A stretch of 64,000 nucleotides of DNA. Origin: an uncultured Opitutia bacterium. Its GTDB lineage: Bacteria; Verrucomicrobiota; Verrucomicrobiia; Opitutales; CAJWYM01. Each line of letters starts with the position of its first letter. The stretch's first letter is position 1. This document shows, in pieces, positions 47,012-56,900 of the stretch. Both the position numbers and the translations under genes were made by a program. The notes under the pieces were generated by a model, which made no database searches, was not told the DNA's origin, and saw only the letters and a list, made by a program, of their open reading frames with translations. The stretch covers positions 2,125 through 66,124 of the forward strand of contig CAJWYM010000006.1 of assembly GCA_913049555.1 (NCBI GenBank), read 5' to 3'.

Positions 47012-48973
47012 ATGATCACTTTGGATAATATTTCACTCAGTTATGGAAATAAGTTGTTGTATAAAGAGATTTCGTGCCTGATAGGGGACAGGGATCGCAT
47101 CTCTTTAGTGGGTCCCAACGGAGCCGGAAAAACTACTTTTTTTAGGTTGTTATTGGGTCAAGAGGATTCGGATTCCGGGATGGTAGAAATTGCGAAACAT
47201 GTCAATGTTGGTTATCTTCAGCAGGAGCATATTGTCAGCCATGGCAAGACTTTGTTCAAAGAGGTAGAAAGTTCTTTTGATTTGGTTCTCAGTCTTCGTT
47301 CAAAGATTGAGCAAGAGGAAATTCATTTGGATGAGATGGATACAAACAGTTCTGAGTATGCAGAGGCCATTGACAATATTGGAGCTTGGGAGCAAAAATT
47401 AGAAGCTCTAGATTCTCATAAGTTGAGTTCACAAATTGAGAAAATCTTATTTGGACTTGGATTTTCAGAAGAAGATTTACAGAAAGATACTGGAGAGTTT
47501 AGTGGGGGATGGCAGATGAGAATTGCATTGGCCAAACTACTTTTAAAAAAACCCTCCTTATTGCTTCTGGATGAGCCAACCAATCACCTAGATATTCACT
47601 CGCAGCGATGGCTAGAAAGTCAGTTGAAACGCTATGAAGGGGCTATTATTATTATTTCTCACGATCAGGCTTTTATCGATGAACTTTGCACGCGCACCTA
47701 TGCTCTACATTTAGGGAATTTAGAGATCTATGAGGGCAACTATTCTTATTACAAAAAAGAGAGCCTTATTCGTAGAGACTTAGAACTGAAGAAATATATC
47801 AACCAACAAAAGCAAATTCAAAAAACTGAAGAATTTATTGAACGGTTTCGATCGAAGGCAACAAAAGCAAAACAAGTTCAAAGTCGAATAAAAGCCTTGG
47901 AGAAAGTAGATCGGATTGAGATCACCCAAGAGGCTAAAAAAGTAAGTTTTAAATTTCCGAAGGCACCCAGAAGCGGAGAGATCTTATTCAATCTTGAGGG
48001 ATTGAAAAAATCGTATGGAGAAAAAGAAGTTTTTAGAGGTTTTGATCTTCGGATTGAACGTGGGGATCGGATCGCCATTGTTGGACCGAACGGTTGCGGG
48101 AAATCAACGCTCTCCAAAATTTTAGCGAAGGAAGAGCCCTTGAGCGGAGGAAGCGTTGAAATAGGTCACAAAGTAGAAGTCGCATTTTTTGCTCAGCACC
48201 AGGCCAATGTTCTCGATCCGGATTTAGATCTGATCGAAACTTTACAAGAAGGGGGGCTTTCTCAGAATGGACTTCATGTCCGCTCTATTTTAGGGAGCTT
48301 TTTGTTTCGGGGAGACGATGTTTTTAAAAAAGTCAAAGTTTTATCAGGTGGGGAAAAAAGTCGCCTAGCAATGGCTAAGATTTTATGCAGGACAAGCAAT
48401 GTTCTTATTCTCGATGAGCCTACCAATCACATCGATATGGATACGAAATCCATTTTACAGGAAGCACTTAAAGAGTATGGGGGAAGTTATTTAATTGTCT
48501 CTCATGACCGGCACTTTCTCGATCCAATTATAAACAAAGTAATAGAAGTCAGTCAAAATGAGGTCCGTATTTTTCCAGGAAATATTTCAGGTTATTTGGA
48601 GGAAATTAAGGAAGAGGAAATTCAAGAAGAGATCCAATTGAGTAAATCGTCTCCAGTCGCTTCCAAGGCCCATTCCAAGGGAAATTTAAAAGAAAAACGA
48701 AGGATACGTTCAGAATTACAAAAAAAACTTTCGCCCGTTCGAAAAAAAATAAAATCTTTGGAGCTCAAAATTGCAAGAATTGAGGCTCGCTCCTCAGAGC
48801 TTGAAAATATGATGGCAGATCCTGATTTTTTTAAGGGGGGATCCGCAGAAACTACCAAGGCTGTTCAAGAGCATCAAAAAATATTGGTAGAAATTCCTAG
48901 AAGTTATGAGGATTGGGAACGGCTTGAGGAGCAAATCAAACAGATGGAAATAAAACTAGAGGCTTCCCGTTGA
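47012..48973 (+). CDS. ABC-F family ATPase (two ABC domains, no TM, C-terminal coiled coil)
   Basis: GPNGAGKTT and GPNGCGKST Walker A motifs. FSGGWQMRIALA and LSGGEKSRLAMA signatures. Charged linker and tail. Confidence 0.93.
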   Translation: MITLDNISLSYGNKLLYKEISCLIGDRDRISLVGPNGAGKTTFFRLLLGQEDSDSGMVEIAKHVNVGYLQQEHIVSHGKTLFKEVESSFDLVLSLRSKIEQEEIHLDEMDTNSSEYAEAIDNIGAWEQKLEALDSHKLSSQIEKILFGLGFSEEDLQKDTGEFSGGWQMRIALAKLLLKKPSLLLLDEPTNHLDIHSQRWLESQLKRYEGAIIIISHDQAFIDELCTRTYALHLGNLEIYEGNYSYYKKESLIRRDLELKKYINQQKQIQKTEEFIERFRSKATKAKQVQSRIKALEKVDRIEITQEAKKVSFKFPKAPRSGEILFNLEGLKKSYGEKEVFRGFDLRIERGDRIAIVGPNGCGKSTLSKILAKEEPLSGGSVEIGHKVEVAFFAQHQANVLDPDLDLIETLQEGGLSQNGLHVRSILGSFLFRGDDVFKKVKVLSGGEKSRLAMAKILCRTSNVLILDEPTNHIDMDTKSILQEALKEYGGSYLIVSHDRHFLDPIINKVIEVSQNEVRIFPGNISGYLEEIKEEEIQEEIQLSKSSPVASKAHSKGNLKEKRRIRSELQKKLSPVRKKIKSLELKIARIEARSSELENMMADPDFFKGGSAETTKAVQEHQKILVEIPRSYEDWERLEEQIKQMEIKLEASR

Positions 48974-49106
48974 GGGATTTGAAGTTTTTTAGGGTTTGTT
49001 GATTGAAGGATTTGTAGCCTCGAAATTCATTTGGCCTAGCAATTATACAAACGAATTGGATCAGAAGATTGATTGATGGCAGTTTTTCTATTCAATTATA
49101 AATTTA

Positions 49107-49586
49107 TTAGAGAATTAATAAATTCATAATCGTATCATGTCTACAAACATGGTGGCACATTTCGCGAATGAAAGTAATTTCGTTGGCGTAGTCTTCTTTA
49201 AATTTGATTGTGCTGTTTGTTCTATTGCCTGCGATACAATATCGGAGACCGGAAATAATCAATAGACTTTGGCGGTGGGAGTTGAGCTTTTTTAAGTATT
49301 GAATAAAGTTTTCTCTAAAAAATAAGGGATCGTAGGGTTCCAAGGAGAGTTCCCAGAATTCAAATCCAATCGTTTGGGTGGAACCAAAGTGCATACAAAA
49401 CAAACGTTCAATCAAGGATTGATTCCAGATCAAAGCATTGGAATCATTTTCCAATGCTTCAACAAATAGCCAATAAGCAGATTCCAGAGATTCTTGCTCC
49501 TCTCGAGTTTTATTGCTTTCATTCATCTGACAAAAAAGTTGATGAATGCAGTTCAGCTTATCAATTGTGGAGACCTTTTTTAACAT
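49107..49586 (-). CDS. Hypothetical protein, start abutting the nrdR stop
   Basis: Internal Met MLKKVST at 49584-49586 lies 1 nt from the nrdR stop. The longer track ORF would overlap nrdR by 71 nt. Confidence 0.4.
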   Translation of the reverse strand: MLKKVSTIDKLNCIHQLFCQMNESNKTREEQESLESAYWLFVEALENDSNALIWNQSLIERLFCMHFGSTQTIGFEFWELSLEPYDPLFFRENFIQYLKKLNSHRQSLLIISGLRYCIAGNRTNSTIKFKEDYANEITFIREMCHHVCRHDTIMNLLIL

Positions 49587-49587
49587 C

Positions 49588-50037
49588 CTAATTTTTAAGT
49601 TTGGTAATTTCGTTGGCAAAATCAGAAAGGTCTCTAAAGTCTTTGTAAATACTCGCATATCGAACGTAAGCGACTTTATCGATTTGTTTCAGTTGCTCCA
49701 TAATTGCTTCTCCGATTGCTCTTGAGGGAATTTCTATATCGTATTGGGATTCCAACAATTTCATCACATCCACGATCATCAAGTCAATTTGCTCAACATC
49801 GACGGGTCTTTTTTCAATGGCTCTTCGAATTCCATTCACAATTTTACTGCGATCAAAATCTTCTCTCCTACCATCGCGTTTTACTACGATTACATCTTCG
49901 TGGAGAATGACTTCGGCAGTGGAATACCTGTAATTGCAATCCGTACATTCTCTCCTCCTACGGATCGAGCTGTGATTTTTGCTAACCCGACTGTCAATTA
50001 CTTTAGAGTAAATACACAAGCACTTTGGACACCTCAT
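49588..50037 (-). CDS. nrdR: Transcriptional repressor NrdR (zinc ribbon plus ATP-cone)
   Basis: MRCPKC...VIDSR...RRRRECTDC zinc ribbon and an ATP-cone region. Length 149 aa. Confidence 0.95.
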   Translation of the reverse strand: MRCPKCLCIYSKVIDSRVSKNHSSIRRRRECTDCNYRYSTAEVILHEDVIVVKRDGRREDFDRSKIVNGIRRAIEKRPVDVEQIDLMIVDVMKLLESQYDIEIPSRAIGEAIMEQLKQIDKVAYVRYASIYKDFRDLSDFANEITKLKN

Positions 50038-50167
50038 AGTAGTATTAGAAAATTTAGAATCATAGAATCAGTCAATGTTGTCAAATTTACCTAAATTTTT
50101 TTAAATGATCAAACTTCATTTTCCTTCTTTATTTAATCTTTAAAATTGGATAATTTCACCCCTTAAT

Positions 50168-50872
50168 ATGTCAAAAACTATTTTTATCGGCGATGTTCAC
50201 GGATGTATCGAAGAATTAGAGTCTCTTTGGAGTCAACTTTCTATTTCGAAAGGAGATCGAGTGATTCAAGTGGGAGACTTGATCAATAAGGGACCCAGCA
50301 GCCGAGAGGTCATTCAATTTTGCATAAAAAATAAAATTGAGTCTATTCTCGGAAACCATGAAATTCGAATGCTTTCTATCTTCAAAGATAAAGCCTCGCT
50401 CAAATCTGGAACCATCAAAGATTATGAGCAAGACACTTTGAGAGAGTTGAAAACTAAGGATTGGGAATATCTTCAGTCTTTAGATTATACAATTTCTCTT
50501 AAAAAGGAGAAAATTGTTGTGGTGCACGCAGGATTTTTACCAGCGGTGCCTCTTGAGGAACAATCCAATAAAGTGATGACTAAAATTCAGGTCATAGACG
50601 CCTTTGGCAAACCTCATAAAAGAGCTAAATGTCCAGATGGGGTCGAGTGGAGTCAATTATGGAGAGGGCCTCCATTTGTTATTTATGGACATACCCCTAA
50701 AATTAAAATCGACCGAAAAAAATGGAGTCTTGGACTGGATACTTCTTGTGTGTATGGGCATAAATTGAGCGCATATATCTTAGAGAGTGATGAGTGGGTC
50801 CAAGTAAATGCCAAAAAATGCTACTCTTGGAATCGGTATATTTCTCCTTACAGTCAATGCAATGAAAGTTAA
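50168..50872 (+). CDS. PPP-family metallophosphoesterase (ApaH/PrpE-like)
   Basis: IGDVHGC, VGDLINKGP, GNHE, VVHAG, GHT motifs in order. Confidence 0.8.
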   Translation: MSKTIFIGDVHGCIEELESLWSQLSISKGDRVIQVGDLINKGPSSREVIQFCIKNKIESILGNHEIRMLSIFKDKASLKSGTIKDYEQDTLRELKTKDWEYLQSLDYTISLKKEKIVVVHAGFLPAVPLEEQSNKVMTKIQVIDAFGKPHKRAKCPDGVEWSQLWRGPPFVIYGHTPKIKIDRKKWSLGLDTSCVYGHKLSAYILESDEWVQVNAKKCYSWNRYISPYSQCNES

Positions 50873-50907
50873 GGGAGGGTTCCAGAAGATCCATTCATCT
50901 GGCTGAC

Positions 50908-51948
50908 TTAACAACAAGAACTGGGCTGATTTTTTTCTTTTTCCAAGCCCCCACAGTCTTCAAACAAACCATAATGGATAGAACGATCCCCATGTAAGTT
51001 AAAATGTTCCGCGTAGTGAGTTTCAGAGATCATCTTAGACGTGTTTCCACAAACTTTCATGGGTTTTCCTTTATTAAATCGGTGATGATCGTCTAAATCA
51101 AAGAAATCAGGACTTTCTGGGATCGTTCCCAAATAAGCAGCTGTTTGTCCAAAATCCTCACATCGATCCTCGTACTCTCCCTTAAAAGCACGAACTGTCA
51201 ATGAGTAAAACCCTATCATACCCACTTGTTTTTTTATTTCGGCATCCTCGATCGAAATGGCTGATTTTTTGACTATTCTATAGTCGGGACAACTCAAACT
51301 TGTCATCAATCTCCTGAAATCCTCAATGTACATCGCTCCAGACAAGCACTCCCCTAAAAGAACAGGATCTTTCTTTAAAGATTGAGGAATTCTTCTGTCG
51401 GAAAAAATGTCTGCAAAGTAGAGTTCTCCCCCTGGCTTTAAAACTCGAAAGATTTCTTTAAATACAGAATGTTTGTCAGGGGATAAGTTGAGGACGCAAT
51501 TGGAAATGATTACATCTATGGAGTTCTCTTCAATTCCGCAATCGGCTAAGTTTTCGATTTCCCCTAACTTAAAATCGATCGAGCCACAATTCCTTTGGTT
51601 TTGATCTAAAAATTCAGACTTGTACTTGTTTGCGATTGAGAGTTGTTCTTCGGTCATGTCTATCCCAATTACTTTTCCACCGGGACCCACCATCTGAGAC
51701 AACAAATAACAATCCCTGCCAGAACCACATCCCAAATCCAAGACAGTAGCACTTTCAATGGAGAGTGGAATTGGAGAACCACAACCATAAAACTTTTCTT
51801 GAATTTCATCAGGAATTTTTTGGATGAGAGGCATCATGAAATCGGGCATACGATCGACGGGACAACAGGCAGATGTCTTAAGATCTTTACTCGACTGGAG
51901 GGTCTTTCCATAGTATTCAGATATGTTTTCTTTATCAGTGCTCATCAA
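50908..51948 (-). CDS. arsM: Arsenite S-adenosylmethionine methyltransferase (ArsM/AS3MT family)
   Basis: DLKTSACCP..., FYGCGSPIP, VLDLGCGSGRDCYLLSQMVG..VIGIDMT and further conserved Cys closely follow the AS3MT pattern. Confidence 0.82.
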   Translation of the reverse strand: MMSTDKENISEYYGKTLQSSKDLKTSACCPVDRMPDFMMPLIQKIPDEIQEKFYGCGSPIPLSIESATVLDLGCGSGRDCYLLSQMVGPGGKVIGIDMTEEQLSIANKYKSEFLDQNQRNCGSIDFKLGEIENLADCGIEENSIDVIISNCVLNLSPDKHSVFKEIFRVLKPGGELYFADIFSDRRIPQSLKKDPVLLGECLSGAMYIEDFRRLMTSLSCPDYRIVKKSAISIEDAEIKKQVGMIGFYSLTVRAFKGEYEDRCEDFGQTAAYLGTIPESPDFFDLDDHHRFNKGKPMKVCGNTSKMISETHYAEHFNLHGDRSIHYGLFEDCGGLEKEKNQPSSCC

Positions 51949-52036
51949 TTCATTGTGGAGCTTTTTTTAAAAGAATAAATTCCAAAATATTTTATTCTTT
52001 TGATTAGATCCTTAAAATTCTTTTACATTCCTATCC

Positions 52037-53968
52037 ATGGATAGTACTCAAGAATTATACGCAAGTACTCGAGCTAGATTGTGTGATAAAAGCATATTTC
52101 TCAGTGATTTAAGATTTATCTGGGAAATGCGAGATCCACTTGTATGGAACAACAATCCAGAATTGTTCACTTTGTTGGCTAAGCGAACTTTGAAAGCTGG
52201 GGAGCCATTTTGGACCTATGACATCTCTGCGCAGGGACTATTGGTGGACAATCAAAACCTCCAATTAAAACATATACAAGCACTTAGTTTAGCTCAAAGT
52301 GGATCCACTCAAGCAGCCAATGAGCTATTGAAAAATCTTGTCATTATGGGGCACAAAGATGTTGAAACATTGAGTTTGCTCGGTAGAACATATAAGGATT
52401 TTTGGGTTAAAAGCTCTGAATCAAAGGAGCAAGAAAATTACCTGAATCTTGCATACAAGACTTATTTAGAGGCATTCGAGACTTCGGAAGAATATTATCC
52501 AGGTATCAATGCTGCCACTCTTGCTGTGTTTTTAGAAAACCTAGAAAATGCAAAAATTTTAGCTTCGCGCGTCTACGATATTTGTTTGAAGCAGCTTGAG
52601 TCGGATACATCTCATTGGCTACAGGCCACTCTAGCAGAAGCGTCTTTAATTTTTGGCAAGGTAGAGGAGTGCAAAGAATTTTACAGCAAAGCTTGTGAAA
52701 TCGCGGATGGGGACGCTGCCGGATTGTGCTCCATTCGAAAACAGGCGAGGTTACTCTCTGAAAAATTATTGGGGGACGCTTATGCATTGGACGAATGCTT
52801 TCCTGTTGGATCGATTGTGAGTTTTACAGGACATATGTTGGATCAACCTGGGCGAGAATTTCCACGATTCCCTGCTGAAAATGAAATGGAGGTCAAGGCC
52901 CTGATTGCAAACAAATTAGAGGAATTAGATGCGTCATTTGGTTTTTGTGCGGCTGCCTGTGGATGTGATATCCTTTTCTTAGAGGCAATGCTTGAGCGAG
53001 GAGGGGATATTCATATTGTGCTTCCTTTTGCAGACAAAAGTTTCCGGGAATTGAGCGTAGATGTCATTCCAAATTCTAATTGGAGCGATCGTTACAATAC
53101 TTTGATTTCAAAAGCGGCCTCTGTTCATTTTGTCAGTCATGATGAATATTCCGGAGGAAGTGCCGATTTCGAATTTGCCAATGATGTTTTGATCGGAATT
53201 GCCAATTTAAAGAAGCAAGTATTGGATGTTCCGTTGCATGCGCTGGCTGTATGGGATTCAAAAGAGGGAGGAGGACCAGGAGGAACTGAGGATGCCATTG
53301 CTAAATGGCAGAGTTGCGGTGTTGAGGTTAAGATTATTCGATTGAATGAATTGGTGGATCCCACCAGTAAAAAAGAAAATTATCCACCCGCTCAAAAGAA
53401 TGCTTATTTGGGAACGGAAACAAAGAAAGCAGTTTATCAGGATATAAAGGCGATTTTCTTCGCTGATATTGTGGGCTTTTCCAAATTAACGGAGCAAGAT
53501 ATTCCGCTTTATTACGAACATTTTCTGGTAAAAGCAGCTCAGTTGATTAAAAAGACTCGTTACAAACCTATCATTAAGAACACTTGGGGAGATGCTGTTT
53601 ATCTTGTGTTTGATTCGGTTAAAGATGCAGGTAGCTTTGCTTTAGATTTTCGAAGCATGATGGATGACACAGATTGGTTGGGTTATGGATTGTCTAAAGA
53701 TTTAAATGTTCGTATTGGATTGCATGCTGGCCCTGTAACTCGATACATCGATCCTGTAACCGAAATGGAATCCTGCACGGGATACCACGTCAGTCGAACG
53801 GCTAGAATTGAGCCCATTACTGCTGAAGGGCAAATTTACGTTTCTGAAATCTTTGCAGCTTTAGCTTCGACAAAAGATTGCATTGGATTTGCTTGCGATT
53901 ACGTTGGGGAGGTTCAATTAGCCAAGAAGTATGGAGCTTACAGAGTTTACCTTTTGAACAATCACTGA
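52037..53968 (+). CDS. Three-module protein: N-terminal TPR-like helical domain (DUF4071-like), central SLOG/LOG-like Rossmannoid domain, C-terminal class III nucleotidyl cyclase
   Basis: aa 1-250: LLGRTYKDFW..YYPGINAATL. aa 257-436: FGFCAAACGCDILFLEA ... GGPGGTEDA. aa 465-643: IFFADIVGFS, NTWGDAVYLVF, RIGLHAGPV, HVSRTARIE. Confidence 0.8.
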   Translation: MDSTQELYASTRARLCDKSIFLSDLRFIWEMRDPLVWNNNPELFTLLAKRTLKAGEPFWTYDISAQGLLVDNQNLQLKHIQALSLAQSGSTQAANELLKNLVIMGHKDVETLSLLGRTYKDFWVKSSESKEQENYLNLAYKTYLEAFETSEEYYPGINAATLAVFLENLENAKILASRVYDICLKQLESDTSHWLQATLAEASLIFGKVEECKEFYSKACEIADGDAAGLCSIRKQARLLSEKLLGDAYALDECFPVGSIVSFTGHMLDQPGREFPRFPAENEMEVKALIANKLEELDASFGFCAAACGCDILFLEAMLERGGDIHIVLPFADKSFRELSVDVIPNSNWSDRYNTLISKAASVHFVSHDEYSGGSADFEFANDVLIGIANLKKQVLDVPLHALAVWDSKEGGGPGGTEDAIAKWQSCGVEVKIIRLNELVDPTSKKENYPPAQKNAYLGTETKKAVYQDIKAIFFADIVGFSKLTEQDIPLYYEHFLVKAAQLIKKTRYKPIIKNTWGDAVYLVFDSVKDAGSFALDFRSMMDDTDWLGYGLSKDLNVRIGLHAGPVTRYIDPVTEMESCTGYHVSRTARIEPITAEGQIYVSEIFAALASTKDCIGFACDYVGEVQLAKKYGAYRVYLLNNH

Positions 53969-53975
53969 TCCTTAA

Positions 53976-56900
53976 ATGGCTGATATTCAAAATAAAAATC
54001 GGGTCATTCGTGTTTTTATCTCGAGCACTTTTCGAGATATGCAAGAAGAGCGTGACGTTTTAGTCAAGTGGGTCATTCCTGAGGTTCGTCGAAGGTGCTA
54101 TGATCGCTTGGTCGAATTGGTGGAGGTGGATCTTCGTTGGGGGATCACGGAGGCTCAGGCTCAAAAAGGGGAGACCATCTCCGTTTGTCTGGATGAAATT
54201 GATCGCTGTAGGCCCTATTTTATAGGAATGCTTGGAGAGAGATATGGATGGATTCCTGATTCATACAAAAAGGATTTGCTGGAGGTTCAACCGTGGATTC
54301 AAAATCATTTAGATAAGAGTGTTACCGAGCTCGAATTTATTTATGGTTTTCTAAAAAATAAAACCGTTCAAGACCAAGCTTTTATCTATTTTAGAGATAA
54401 AGAGTACGAACAAAAAGTTCCGAGCTCCATCCGTCCTTTGTATTTGAGTGAGGGGCCAGAGTCCAAAAGACTCCTGAACAAATTAAAAGACGATGTCAGG
54501 AATTCTGGGGCTTCTCTCAAAGAAATTTATAAAACCCCTGAGGAATTCGGTGAATTTGTCCTAGAAGACCTGTGGGAAGCCATTAATAAAGATTTTCCTG
54601 CAGGAAGTGAGCCCACTGCTCTAGAAATTGAGGCGAATAAACACGAAACCTTTGCGAATGTAAGAAGATCGGTATACATCGGCCGAGAAGACTATTATTC
54701 TTACATTGACAATCATATTGAAACGGAAACAAAACCCCTTGTAATTCAGGGGGATTCCGGAAGTGGTAAAAGTGCCTTGCTGGCGAACTGGATACTCCGA
54801 TATCAAAACAAAAATCCTGAAGATCTTGTTTTTTTACATTTTGTTGGAGGAACTGGAAATAGCTCCGACCATTTAAGGCTGGTTCAACGATTGATGGAGA
54901 CCATTCAATCCTGGGGCTTGTACAATGAGTCCCTTCCTACAGAGCCCAGTAAAATGATCGAAATGCTTCCTACTTGGCTTACTGCAGCAGGTGCCAACCG
55001 TAAGATTATGATCGTAATCGATGCCTTGAATCAACTTGAGGATAGGAATGGGGGTCAAGATTTGGGATGGTTGCCACATCAATTGCCAAAAAATGTTCAT
55101 TTGGTCTTAAGTACCTTGCCAGGAAAAGTTCAAACGCTGCTTTCTAAACGAAATTACCCATTCTTGATTGTGAAGCCCTTTGATCCAAAGGAGAGAAAAG
55201 GATTGATTCTTAATTACCTGGATCAATACCGAAAGCGTCTACCTGATCCTGCAGTTGAGAAGCTGATCCAAGCTAAAAATACCGAAAATCCTTTATTTTT
55301 GAAGACTGTTTTGGCAGAACTTAGAATTATGGGAGTTCATGAAGAACTGGACAAAAGAATTGCTTATTATTTATCCGCTAAAAATATTGAAAGCTTGTAT
55401 GAAAAGATGCTTGAGAGGATGGAGTCTGATTTTGACCGATCGCGAAAATATCTTGTTAGGGACTGTCTCTTTTATCTATGGTGCTCACGTCGAGGGCTCT
55501 CGGAATCAGAATTGTTAGATCTTTTAGGAACTACCGGTAAATCTTTACCAAGGGCCTATTTGTCTCCATTTTTACTGGCATTGGAGCATTTGTTATTAAA
55601 CACAAGCGGCATTATCACTTTCGCTCATGATCGGTTGAGGATTGCTGTTATGAATAGATATGCCCAATCAGGAGCGTTTATTGAGGATTATCGTAGAAAT
55701 CTATGCAGTTATTTTCGAGAGAAAGAAGAATTGGATCGATCGGTGGATGAGATTCCTTATCAGTTGAGCAGAATGCGCAACTGGACTCAGATGCACTCTT
55801 ACATTCGCCAGATTCCAGTGTTTGAAAAGGCCTTCGCAAAAGATAAGTTGGAACTGCTTTCTAATTGGTTCTTATTGGGCGATTTTTACAATATGGATGA
55901 AAGTTATCGGGTTGCTCTTCAATCCTGGGAGGGTGCTGAAGACAATGCGGATTTACCTACTTCAAAAATTATTCAAGTAATCACTGATCTAGGGTCATTC
56001 CTCTGTTTTTCAGGATCTGGTAAGTCTGCGACCATTTTATTTGAAAGAGCTTACGAGATTGCTTTGAATACCTATGGTTCTAACAGTAAAGAGACTGCTA
56101 GTTGTATGTCTCAATACGGGAAGCTTTTGTTAGACAATGGTAAGTATCAAAAAGCGGACAAACTCCTTCGTGAAGCTTTTAATACTCGTGTCAGGACTTT
56201 GGGTCCTGAGCACAGAGATACTTTGATGAGTATGGATGAATTGGCGCTCTTGGAAATGATGCAAGGGCATTACAAAGATGCAGAAATTCTTTACCAAAAG
56301 GGTTATGAGATCAGTAAAAAGATTTTAGGGGCAACGCATCCTGGTACGATGGAAAGCTTGAATGGTTTAGCGCTTTTGTATTTAAAGAAGGGCGAATATC
56401 AGAATGCTAAACCGATCCAAGAGCAGGCCTATCTTATTTTTGATCGAAATTTTGGAAAAGAGCATCCGGATACACTCGCTCTCAGAACTTCCTATGCTTT
56501 TACATTGTGTGAGATTGGAGAGGTAGACCAAGCGGTGGAACATTATCGTTCTACTCTTTCCATTTATGAGTCTTGTTTTGGCCCTGAACACCCTGGAACT
56601 CTGACGAGTCTTAGTGGATTGTCTCATATTTTAGAGGTTCGTGGAGATATAGAAGAGGCTGAGAAATTACTCTACAGAGTTCATTCTACCCAAAAAAGAA
56701 CTCTTGGAGGCGAACATCCTGAAACAATCAATACGCAAGCCCTTTGGGCCAGACTTTTACTTAAGAAAGATGAGATTTCAACTGCGGAATCTCATTTTAG
56801 AGAAGTTCTCTATTATCGCGAGAGACTCTTAGGGAAAGAGCATCCCGATACCATGGATAGTATGTATGACTTGTCTCAAGTATTGACTGCTGAAAAAGAA

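Noticed and set aside
49587-49658. Longer 183-aa version of the ORF downstream of nrdR
   Set aside because: It would overlap nrdR by 71 nt. An in-frame Met directly after the nrdR stop is more plausible.
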